Origin: Eledone cirrhosa
Lineage: Eukaryota
DNA: 64,000 nucleotides
Direction of reading: 5' to 3'
Assembly: GCA_964016885.1 (NCBI GenBank)
Contig: OZ024740.1
Span: 148,118,001 to 148,182,000, forward strand
Shown: piece by piece, positions 1 through 12,358 of the stretch
Layout: each line of letters opens with the position of its first letter
How positions within the stretch are numbered: the stretch's first letter is position 1
Notes under the pieces: model-generated
The model's input: the letters and a program-made list of their open reading frames with translations, nothing else
Told to the model about the DNA's origin: nothing
The model's database searches: none
Made by a program: the position numbers and the translations under genes

Positions 1-71
<71 letters not shown>

Positions 72-410
72 ATATATGTAGAAATAAACAGAGTGAATTG
101 TGTGTCTAAAATTACGAGGGTTGAAATACCACATTGGTTTGATAGATTTAATCTGAAGCAAACGTAAGATATATAATATACTATACAGACCGTGTCAATA
201 ACTATTTCATCTCTCGGACAGGGTATCAATATGAGTTAGTAACTGTGTATTTTATTTGTATATATATATATACACACATAAACATACACACACACACATA
301 TATATATTTATATAATTGGTGTGGAATGCTTAAAGCGTCCTTATGCGGTAGACGATTGTAATATGTCTAATACATTTTATTCGTCGCATCACTGATTCTC
401 CGTTTCTTAT

Positions 411-512
<102 letters not shown>

Positions 513-947
513 GACGTTGTGGTTGCGCGTAGTCCCTGGCAGTGTCATGAAAGTGAGGATTAAGGGGGAATCTAGATGTGAGATGAGAGGATTGAGCTAG
601 AGGGAGCTGGAAGAACAAATAAGCGAGATATAACTTGTTAAAACAGTAAACATTTTGTGTGTTTATTGTTCCTTTATGTAACGATAGACGTGTAGATAGG
701 GGTGAGTGCGTGTATTAGGGTTAAGATAAAATAAATATTAAGAATTAAAAGACTTAAAAGGTTTAAAAGATGGAATTATAAGTAGGATTAGTATATTTAC
801 CGTGAGCAGGTACGCAGTTACTGTCTACGAGTCTTGTTACTAAATTAATATGGGTTAGTTGATGGTTAGTGGTTAGCACATTCGGGTCTATAACCCTTCG
901 TCAAACGCAGTTTTTCATGTTTCGTAAATCCTTTACCCATCGGAGTA

Positions 948-1735
948 CGAGGGTCAGCTTAAAGGTTCATAGGCTAACCAAGATATTCTCGTGGAATATG
1001 ACCAAATAAGGTTTATTTTTCAACATAGTCCCTTTTGCGGTCCACACATTTCTTCCATCGGTGTTGCAGTGCTTGGATCCCACTGGTGAAGATGCTTTCA
1101 TCCTGTTGATAAAAAAAAGTCCTCAACAGCAGATATGACGTCATGATCATTGCGATATTAGTTCCCTGCCAAGTATTCTTTCATGTTAGGAAACTGATGA
1201 TAGTTAGATGGGGCCAAATCAGGATAATAAGAAAAGTGATCAACCAGTTCAAAGCCACAGTCATGCACAACAGTTATTGAAACCAAGGATGTTTGTGCTG
1301 AAGCATAGTCTTGATAAAACAAGAGCCCTTTCGTCAGTTTTCCTGAGCGTTTGGTATTGATATCCTTTCGTAACTGCCCCAGCAAGTTGGCATAGTTCTC
1401 TCCATTGATGGTGTGATCCTTTTGAAGATAGACAATAAACACAATGCTTTTTGCACCCAGAAAAACCGAGGCCATCACCTTCCTTGCAGATGAAACGAAC
1501 TTGGTCATCTTTCGAGCAGGTGAGGACGGATGTATCCACTGTATAGATTGTCTCTTTGTCTCTGGTTCAAAGTGATGAACCCAACAGTCATCCTGGGTTA
1601 GGAAACGTTCAAAGAAACCAACTAGATCTGGCTCAAACAATGTGAGATTTTCCCGTGATGTGATTAGCCTCTCGCGCTTCTGATCAGGTGTCAAAAGACG
1701 TGGTTCCCACCAAACAGAAACCTTCGTCATGCCAA
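948..1735 (-). mobile_element. Decayed mariner (DD34D, Himar1/irritans-like) transposon, 3' half with right TIR
   Basis: ORF 1158..1730 has WEPRLLT (WVPxxL), TQDDCWVHH (first D), SARKVMASVF, QDYASAQ and YYPDLAPSNY (YSPDLAPSD). It continues after a stop to RWKKCVDRKRDYVEK* (stop at 1013-1015). TIR-like end ta|cgagggtc at 946-955. Confidence 0.9.
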
Positions 1736-1859
1736 GTTCCGACGCTCAGGCACCTTTTTCGTGACTCTGAGAGGTATTGTCTCAATGTCCGTTTACGCCA
1801 TGTTAATCACATTGGGAGTCCTGACCATTTTATGTGTTTATGTATTTATCTAATCAATT

Positions 1860-2900
1860 TAAAGTCCATATAGAGCTAGTAAGCCATGGCAGACTCGGGG
1901 AAGTATATAGTACTTCTTACAGTTTAGGAACAAACAAACAAACAAAAAAATCAAACAAGATAGAAAGATAGACAGAAATAAGTAAATACAAAAATGAAAA
2001 TAAAAATAAATTGAAGTAGGGAAGGCCGTCGGGAAGCAAAATAAGCACAGACAAAGATAAAGAACCTTCATTTACTTAAATATTTTGTTTATAGTTGGTA
2101 GATTTATTACAATATATTGTATCTCCAGTCTTGGTAGTTATTTTTAATAATCGGCTTCAACGTGTCTTCTCTCAGACTGTAAGGTTATACACTGGAACAA
2201 ATAATGCCAAAGTGCTTTTTGGAAGTCGCCACAAGAACATTGAGGTGATTCTCTACGACTAATTCGTGATAAAATGCAGATCAGTGGTATAGTCCAGTTT
2301 GAAGCCGATATAGTCCAGTTTGAAGCCAGCATAGTCTTTTAATTTTAACATAGGTCAGTGTCCGATGTGTTTTAAGTGTTGACAGATCTGATTGAGAATG
2401 TGGAGAATTGAAATTTGAGAGCTTATCTCTAGATTTTTTCCCAAAATGTCCCCACCTTTGACTAATCAGATTTTTACTAAATGATTTCACTTGGGGGGTA
2501 GTCTATATATTATTTCCCTTCGTATACCCTCCTTTGCTAATTTATCTGTTTTCCTATTTCCTCTAATATTTGTATGGCTTGGTATCCAAATCACTGTTAT
2601 TCGCTTATTATTCTCTGAGAGGTAGTTATCTATTCTTGGCAAGGCACTCTCAATATCTCTAACCCGACTCAATTTTCTTGATTGAAACAGTTCTAGGTTC
2701 GATAAACTATCAGTAAATAAAATCATTTATCCCATGGCATTTCTTTAGCTGAATATATAAATAATATAATTCCCCACCATTTTGCGTCAAATATTGTGAA
2801 ATCACGATGTAATTTAAAGCTAATATCTCTCTTATTATTTTTGAAAGACCAAATAGTTCCACGCCCAACTCTCTTGTCTGTGTGTGCCCCATCCATGGAA
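1860..2900 (-). mobile_element. 3' fragment of an RNase H-bearing LINE (I/Nimb/Ingi group), degenerate
   Basis: ORF 2487..2726 has ILFTDSLS...VIWIPSHTNIRGNRKTDKLAK (RNase H motifs DS and WIPSH.GI.GNE.AD.LAK). ORF 2144..2332 has SPQCSCG...HYLFQC, a C-terminal CCHC finger. A pyrimidine-rich 3' UTR-like tract follows. May extend to about 3500. Confidence 0.75.
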
Positions 2901-3916
2901 CTGGCCCAATTGTCGAACTAATTAAGTAAGATAATGCTATATAATTCTTTTGCGTCCTGTTTTGAGTTTTTAATCGTTATTTTAATTGTTCTACTCATGG
3001 AGAAAACCAATTATTAAACTTAGCAGTTAGCATTTTACGTTTCCTAGACTCGTCTATCAACAAGTGAGTAGGGGTTAATCTTGTTTCGTGAGAAGTAGCT
3101 ATCTTGGAAGTAGATCTTAGACATATCAGTATAGTTTGGTCAATTTGGGTACAGAATCTATCAATAACTTGAAGATAGCTAGTGCGTGTGTGTCCCCAAA
3201 CCCGGCTACCTTTAACAATTGAGCGTTGATAAATCCCTTATTATACAATCTCAAGTGTTTATATGTTAGGCAGTGGAATTTCTTTGAAATAACTTTAATT
3301 ACATGCCATGCTGAGGTCAATGTTTACAATGAGTGCTTCAGATGAGTTTCTCATTTCAAGTCAGTTTGTAACCAAAAAGCTAGGATCTTTATAGATTGAT
3401 TCATTAAGTATATTTCATACATTGATAGGTTCAACATTATGGAAGTGGATCAGTTATGTTTTAGAGGGATCACATTGTTGAGCATCTTCTATTCTCCATT
3501 CAGTTGCAGTTGATAGGGCTGTGCCTAATTTGGTTTTGTTGTTGGTTCAACCCTGTCATATTCCCATACGCAGACTCGGTATGAGGACTGCGTTGGAGAG
3601 ACACGTGTCAATGGAATATTCAGCACCTAACAGATTAATTTCATTAGTAGAAATTCAAGTTGGTCAAACAACTGCACAGTCAACGTCGAAGCCGAAGAGA
3701 ATGTTATTCACGACTGGTGCACCTCACATTCAGACAGACAAACAGACACACACACACACACACATACACACACAAACGCACACGCACTCAGTCAGTGGTA
3801 CAGTCATACAATATATTTCCTGCTACTATTAATCTGAGATCTATCAGTATATATAACAACAGTAAAAAATATATAGCTAAAGTTTTGAATACACAACAGC
3901 AACAGTTGAACAATAC

Positions 3917-4024
<108 letters not shown>

Positions 4025-4143
4025 GATACATACATACATACATGCACACAAATATGTATATATGTATGTATATATATATATATGTATATAGTATTAATAT
4101 ATAAGGAACAAAGAATCAGTCTTGCATCATATATATATTTATT

Positions 4144-4232
4144 ACATATTACATGTTTCCCTGCCGATCAGCTCAGGAACGATCTATTAATGACCGAACC
4201 TGACTCTTGAATCGGAAGTTCCTCAGATATAT
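4144..4232 (-). ncRNA. Candidate type I hammerhead ribozyme with enlarged stem II
   Basis: Minus strand reads ATATAT-CTGAGGA-A-CTTCCGATT..(40 nt)..GATCGGCAG-G-GAAA-C-AT-G-TA-ATATGT. Homologous to 43161-43250. Confidence 0.6.
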
Positions 4233-4370
4233 TTTAATATGCAGGCTCGCGTCTGAGACTCTGTATATATCTATATTTATATATTTATATATATATAAAT
4301 AAGTGTATATATATATCGTTTCTGAATTTGTTTAGCAAGATTCTTTATCTGAAAACGTGTGTTGAAACCG

Positions 4371-4900
4371 ATATTGTTATACTTTGGGAGGGTCATGTTG
4401 CCAATAAGAAACACACGCACCAGTTGCTTTCACTCCAATTTATTATAAATTAAATTTATAAATTTAAGAATTTATAAATTTCCGGTTGGTTGGTTGGTTC
4501 CACAACCGGACGGTTGTTCATATTTTGTCAAAGTTCTTTCGTCACACATTCTGTGACCTCTTCAGTGACTGGGGATTCTTCTCTTTGTTTTGTGCCTCTC
4601 CTTTGTTCTGTTCTACGCCATCTTGTTTTTGTGTGTTGTCATACAAAAACAAGATGGCGTAGGACAGAACAAAGGAGAGGCACAAAACAAAGAGAAGAAT
4701 CCCCAGTCACTGAAGAGGTCACAGAATATGTGACGCAAGAACTTTGACAAAATATGAACAACCGTCCGGTTGTGGAACCAACCAACCGGAAATTTATAAA
4801 TTCTTAAATTTATAAATTTAATTTATAATAAATTGGAGTGAAAGCAACTGGTGCGTGTGTTTCTTATTGGCAAAATGACCCTCCCAAAGTATAACAATAT
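4371..4900. repeat. Near-perfect ~530-bp palindrome (about 265-bp arms, ~4-nt loop near 4636-4639) ending in (TA)n, with a hammerhead-like core in each arm
   Basis: atattgttatactttgggaggg... at 4371 is the reverse complement of ...cctcccaaagtataacaatat at 4900. The arms pair through to tttttgtgtg/catacaaaaa at the centre. Confidence 0.95.
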
Positions 4901-5308
4901 ATATATATATATTTCGATGCGGGAAGGAGCAACTTAACGGACACGATTTTTAACTGTGGTAAGAAATGTTTTTCTTATATCAAAGTTTAATGGGCTTCCA
5001 CTGATGATTTATAAACGCCCACCTAAATATATTCTTACATGAATGTATATTAGACTTCTACATAAACTGGAAATATTCTCCGAATTTGTAGAAAACTTAT
5101 AATGAAACAATTGTTTGGAAAGAGAGATATATTTTAACTTTAATTATATCTCATAAAATAATACAACTGGCTTTTCCACATAATACATATCGTTAGCATC
5201 CCAAACACTTAATTTGGGTTTATATTAAAATATAACCTAATGTTTGTTGAGTGAGATGGTTACCAGTCAGAGATTAGCTTTAAACTATCTCTGTTATTGT
5301 ATTAATAA

Positions 5309-5441
<133 letters not shown>

Positions 5442-6013
5442 TATATATATATCTTCGAGTTGCTCACACACATGTGCTTCGGCTTGCCCTCTTCAGTTTG
5501 TTGTTTCCCGTTTCTTTCGCTGTGTTCTCCTTTTTCTTCCCATTTCCCTTCTGTTATATATATATATTTTTTTTCTCTCTCTCTCCCTTTTTTCCCCAAT
5601 AACTTCCTTTAGTTATTGACGCACTGGGGTTAGATATATTGTCTTTAATGCGTAGAAATATCCATGATCCCCAGCAGACAACTGATGAAGGAAAAGTTTC
5701 TTCCGTTCGTGCTTTCCTCTTATTTATAAGTACACCTTATCCAGCAACTATACATACCCTGTTTCTTCTTATATATATATATCTCGTTCACGATTTCACC
5801 GAATTTATATTCATGGAAATTTGGGACTTGACTCCTTCTTCCTCACTTTTCGTTGCTTCACCATCTTTGTTTGTTTACACTCTCGTGTTCCCTTTATTTA
5901 CGTGTCCCAACGACTTTTTTCAGCCGTTGCTCGCACCAACCGGAGGTATATGGTCTTTAAAGCGATGAAATACCAATGATGGTTGGAAGATCACTGATGA
6001 AGGACTAACTTTA

Positions 6014-6126
<113 letters not shown>

Positions 6127-7133
6127 GTGTGTGCGCGTGTGTGTGTCTACACACAACACATATACATACACACGCACACATATATACTTACATAATATCT
6201 ATATATGTATATGCATATCTATACACCATGTTTGTATATAAACTGTATGACGTGTATATATGAATATATATTTTTGAACACACATACACACGCACATATA
6301 TATATATACCTTATATTATATATATCTATATTTATGTGTGTGTGTGTGTGTATGTGTGTGTATGTGTGTGTGTGTGAATACAGAAAAAGAGTAAGAGAGA
6401 GAGGAAGGCAGTGAGAAGTAAGAGGAATATTGTAGAGAAAACGTTAGAAAACGAAAGAGATCAAGAGGGAGGGAAAGTGAGAGGCAGAAAATATATAAAT
6501 TGAGAGGGAGAGAGGTTGTGAAAGAGACTAACAGAGACAGATAGAGAGAAGAAAATAGGAAAGTAGTAATGTCTATAAAGACCAATTGAAATGTCGAGTG
6601 TGTTAGCTGTTAATACATTCAAACCGGATCTTTAATATTTTTTTTTTCGTTTTTGATTACGCTTTACGTATATGCCTGCTTGTGTGTGTGTATGTGTGTG
6701 TGTATGTGTGTAGGTGGGTGTTATATAGGTTCTATCTGTCACTAGTATGGAATGTTGAGTGTCTACAAGCACGGTTAACGTGGGATAGTCTAATAGATTC
6801 ACATCTTTCTTCAGTGACGATTTCATTTTCAATGTCCCGACAAGCAAACCTTATTTATGTAATTTATTTATTTGTTATGTAGTTTCTTTCTTGTTTAATT
6901 TATTTTATTTTATTTCGTGTTGTTTTACACGTCATGCTGGGTAAAAGAAAATATGGGGATGCTAAAAGTTCTTTTACATAAACGTGATTGTTGTGGAATT
7001 GGTGTTGAGACTGAAATCTGAGTTTGTTATGAAATAATATTTTATCTTCTATAACTATTAGGGTTCAGCTATTATAAGATAACGAAGAGCTATAAACTTC
7101 AGTGACGTAATACTTTCATAAAACTTTCAAATG

Positions 7134-7330
7134 TTGTTGTTTAACCCCAAATCAAATTCTGATCAAATGCATACTAATCATGGCTTGGTTGGTATATACA
7201 GATATAGAAGTACACAATGGATAATGTATTCCCAGATATCCCCCATAAAATGGTATGGCACTGACCGAGATGCTTTCGATCATAAGTCTGCTTGATCTGA
7301 GTAGACCTAGAGCTTAACAACAGCAACAAC
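7134..7330. mobile_element. Degenerate short interspersed repeat with terminal inverted repeats (MITE-like); likely related pieces at ~38465-38640, ~51230-51430 and ~62665-62960
   Basis: gttgtttaaccccaaatcaaattctgatcaa at the left pairs loosely with ttgatctgagtagacctagagcttaacaac at the right. Shared gatc/agcagacc/atgatcaaag motifs recur at the other loci. Confidence 0.45.
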
Positions 7331-7621
7331 AAAACCTAGGATTACATCCTCATTCAATGTCATCCTTCTTCTTTAAGACGAGAAAATTGTCAACAATAGA
7401 TCCCACACTAAATGCTCATTATAATATTGAGTCAGACACTTTCATGTTCTGAGTTCAAATATCGCCGAAGCCAACACCACTTTCTATTCTCCCTGGCGTG
7501 TGAATACTGTTTCTAAAAAAATGTACCAATAATTTTAAAAATAAATCTAACTGGGTAAAAGAATATATGAAAAAGGATAATGGGGATTTTTCCTGAATGA
7601 AACAGTTCTAGTCCTGTAGAA

Positions 7622-7651
<30 letters not shown>

Positions 7652-7658
<7 letters not shown>

Positions 7659-7863
7659 TAATAAAATAATGAATAAACAAAGAAACAGTTGCTTATATTA
7701 AAAAATTCATCATTTTACGATCGTTTCTAGGATATATATGTGTTAGTGTTGGTATGCATATCCTATAGATCTATGTAAAATTTTTTACAAACTATCAGAA
7801 TGATGATGAATTTTTTAATATAAGGAACTGTCTCTTTGTTTATTCATTATTTTATTAATTTAT
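7652..7863. repeat. Inverted-repeat element after (TA)n; arms about 65 bp; hammerhead-like interior on the minus strand
   Basis: ataaattaataaaataatgaataaacaaagaaacagtt... pairs with ...aactgtctctttgtttattcattattttattaatttat. Interior on minus: CATCATT-CTGATAG...TAGGATAT/ATATCCTA-GAAA-C-GATC-G-TA-AAATGATG. Confidence 0.8.
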
Positions 7864-8067
7864 CTTGACTCTGTTTTCCGTTAATTTTCAACGAACATTT
7901 TTTTGAATACATCTTCTCTTTTCATGATATTCGGATTACATTGAGTTCTTCATACGGATTGGACACTACCGTACATTTTGGTAGATTTATCTATATATAT
8001 ATATATATATATATTGGTAAACAAAAAATAAAATGCTGACAGCATAACTCGTGTGTTACACCTCTAT

Positions 8068-8138
<71 letters not shown>

Positions 8139-8172
8139 TTACAATAATCAAAGTTCAGTTTAAATAATTTAT

Positions 8173-8221
8173 TTGCTTACAATTGTTTCCTCCAAACCGA
8201 GGTTTGGATTCTTCGGAGCAA
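8173..8221 (-). ncRNA. Candidate minimal type I hammerhead ribozyme (one core substitution)
   Basis: Minus strand: TTGCT-CCGAAGA-A-TCCAAAC-CTCG-GTTTGGA-G-GAAA-C-AATT-G-TA-AGCAA. Stem I TTGCT/AGCAA, 7-bp stem II, palindromic AATT loop 3, GUA cleavage triplet. Core is CCGAAGA rather than CUGANGA. Confidence 0.6.
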
Positions 8222-8359
8222 CTATTTAGTGATCTATAACATACTTGACCTCCTTTTCAACACAAGAGACATATAAAAACATATGCACATATTGATCCAC
8301 AGTAGGATGACATCCATCAAAATGATATAGCATGGCAATTTCCATATAAAGGTTAAAGG

Positions 8360-8496
8360 ATAAAGATAAAAATAAAAATAAAAATAAAAATAAAAATAAA
8401 AATAAAAATAAAAATAAAAATAAAAATAAAAATAAAAATAAAAATAAAAATAAAAATAAAATTAAAAATAAAAATAAAAATAATAAAAATAAAAAT
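8360..8496. repeat. (ATAAAA)n hexanucleotide microsatellite
   Basis: Read directly from the sequence. Confidence 0.95.
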
Positions 8497-8899
8497 GAAG
8501 CATTGGCAGTCTATGAGGATAAAGCAAGAGGAAAGTTTAGAGTAGTCAGTGTATGAAACAATCTCACGTGTAGCATGCACGCGTGTCTTATTTAAAAAGG
8601 ATTAGAGTGCGTCAGAATGTTACTTGCAGGGTCAGGCAGTTGAAGCAGGCAATTGATATTATTATGTGGGCTGAATTATTAAATCATTTTTTCGCATACA
8701 CCTGTATGATATACAGTCCCAAATGTGGAGAAACACCAAAATATCAAAAATCTCAAACATATCACAAAACATATTATATCGTAGGCAAAACAGTACCACT
8801 GTCTTCGCGCACACCACCACTCACATAATCCATGAGACGCAATATATAGACCACGGGTCTATCATATAATTCACGATACATCATATAATTCAATGTTGA

Positions 8900-9495
<596 letters not shown>

Positions 9496-9498
9496 ATA

Positions 9499-9550
<52 letters not shown>

Positions 9551-9553
<3 letters not shown>

Positions 9554-9877
9554 AAGGTATCAATGGGAAACCAATCTTCTTTTATCAAATAATGGTTTTA
9601 AATATTTTACAAATGTTTCGATAAGAAATTATTTAAGATGTTCCACGCTAAACGTAAAAAATATTTTCTATGATTAATCATCAAGATTGATTTTCTTTCT
9701 CTCTTTGAAGAGGGTGAAATTGTGATCCAAAATTCATATCTATTTATTGATAAAGATGTAAGATGTATTTTGAATACTATTTGAATAATTAGAGGTCACA
9801 TTTCATTCGAAACATTTGTAAGAGATTAAAAACAATTATTTGATGAGAGAAGATGAAGTTTCCATTGATAACTTTGT
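9551..9877. repeat. Inverted-repeat element (about 70-bp arms) containing a plus-strand hammerhead-like fold at 9700-9825
   Basis: acaaaggtatcaatgggaaac...aaatgtttcga pairs with tcgaaacatttgt...tttccattgataactttgt. Fold: TCTCT-TTGAAGA-GGGTGAAATTGTGATC..GGTCACATTTCATTC-GAAA-C-ATTT-G-TA-AGAGA. Confidence 0.75.
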
Positions 9878-10087
9878 ATATGTACGCTCTGCTTTTTCTG
9901 ATATGTATAACTACTCTTCCATTCTAATATCTGTTTCTTCTCCAAATTTTATATACATCATATAAAGCATTGAGGTATTCCTTCTCTGTGAAGCTGGCAA
10001 TTACATTCTATATGTCTATTTCTCTACTCTCTTTTGAGAATTGATAATATAGTTCTACATTTGATATATATATATATGTATAAATTG

Positions 10088-10219
10088 TGTTTCTGAAGAA
10101 GACAGTAGATCGAACAGGAATTTAGAGACTAAAATTGGTAGTAGCCTAACCACTACCACGCTAGTGTCGATACATCGATCTTCCACGACTAATCGACCGC
10201 CTGAAACAATCGTAAAACA
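10088..10219 (+). ncRNA. Candidate type I hammerhead ribozyme with ~100-nt stem II domain
   Basis: TGTTT-CTGAAGA-AGACAGTAGAT..(~80 nt)..ATCGACCGCCT-GAAA-C-AATC-G-TA-AAACA. Intact core and stem I TGTTT/AAACA; imperfect stem II. Immediately after a (TA)n tract. Confidence 0.55.
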
Positions 10220-10273
10220 ATGAACTAATTAAGTTCCTACCTCTGACTTCTGTCTTCTTTCTCATTGTTCTAT

Positions 10274-10344
<71 letters not shown>

Positions 10345-10570
10345 AAGTTAGTTCCCCAACAAATTAGCAAACCATCCCCGAGGACACAACGTGTGTGAGG
10401 AAATAAATGTAGGATACTCAAGCACAGAAAATAAATGCTCTTATAAAAATCGGGTAAAAACCCTTAAAATGTAGCCGTCAGTGATCACATTTTTCTGCCT
10501 CTAACTGTCTTTGATTTTTATAAGCTATGTTATAGCAACTGACTCTAATTGCAGCTATTTCTTCTTATAC

Positions 10571-10637
<67 letters not shown>

Positions 10638-11773
10638 ATAGAGTTACTTAAATACACTCATAAAAATAGTTTAACCTCACTTAACCAGTCATTTATGAAT
10701 AACTAAAAAATATAAAATAAGGTGTTTTTTATCTCCGATATCACAATCTACATCGTTCGAACGTTTGGAAAATAGGCCCAACCCCTCATCCAAGCAGTAA
10801 CACGATCTTATACCCATAAATGAATATCTAATCTTGAACATTTACCTATTTAGCTTTGACCATTAAAAAAAACCACCTATCTCGTTCCAAAGAACTTTGA
10901 TGTGCAAACTATATATTAAATCTGTTCTTAGAATAAAAGGCTACACAAACTCCAGGTCGTCAATAAATAATAAAATTCCAAACACAGGTGTAATACTGGA
11001 AGGTGATAGAGTAAATATCTCCGTTATCCCTGCACCTTAAAACAATCAATAAATAATAATAAATTCAACTCAACTAGATGACTTGAACACGGCCCCTCGT
11101 CTACAAACAAATGTTAAACCTCAAGTAAATACCACAAACAGAACAGAGTAATATTTTACCTAGTGTATTTAGCATGCTATTTCAGGGCTAATACCCTCTT
11201 TTCAGATTCGAAGCTGAAACAGCCCAAGACAAAATAAACGAGCGATTAAAGTTTTCAGAGTTTCCGTCCCTAACACATATACACACATACATACATACAT
11301 ACATATATTAAATGAATCTGTGTATGTGTGCGTATATGTGTGCATGTGATTAGCAGAAATGTTACTGGAAAAGACAAGAAACACCATTATTCAACTCAGT
11401 ACTTAATACGTTCGAAAAGTAGAGTGTGAATATAATGATTTTCCGCCCTACAATTAAACTTTTACCGTTTCAATGGAGTTTTCAATGAGAGTTTTCCGCC
11501 CCATGGTTACGCTTTTACCGCTTCGATAGCAGATAAAGAGCTGAATCTAAAAGTAAAAATGGCAAACGTCCTTCAGAAAAGCACATCCAAAGCCTCCCAA
11601 CTCAACAACCACTGACCTGCACCAATTACTGTTATGGGGTTGATGTATGTCATCAGCCTGCAGACATCACTTAGTTTCTATAATAAACTGAAGTGACTAT
11701 GACCCCATCTTGTATGTGGATATGCACCCACACGAAATCACAAAATCAGTGTGACGAGCATATATATATATAT

Positions 11774-11826
<53 letters not shown>

Positions 11827-12280
11827 TATATATATATAGTTTATGTATTGGCCTCTCCGTATCACATGTGATTTATCGAAAGTCCTCAAGCGCAATCTTT
11901 ACGATAGAGTGCCTGAAAACCTTGAGCTCCGTAGCAAATGGTGCTAATTGAGTTACTATTGTTCTCATGAATAATCTTTTGCACCTTACGTTCAAATGTT
12001 AGTGTTCTGATAGTATTAGAACACTTAGCAGGCGTTTTACGAACCTTGACATCAAATGACCGTGTAACTTCCAGGAAACTAAGATATAGATTACAGCGTA
12101 GCTTTTCATTTGCTGGGTTAGCTTGATGTCAGTTATCATTTATTTGCAAAAAAATGATAACCAGAACAAGTTAGAAGTTAGAGCTATTAAAAGTCGTATC
12201 TCAAAGAACTGAACAATCTTGCACGATGCATATCAATATATACACAGACGATACATATATATCTATCTATATATATAGTG

Positions 12281-12358
<78 letters not shown>

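Noticed and set aside
2288-2335. Short tandem duplication tatagtccagtttgaagcc (also the ~53-bp pair at 11440-11530)
   Set aside because: Ordinary local slippage duplications within decayed repeats.
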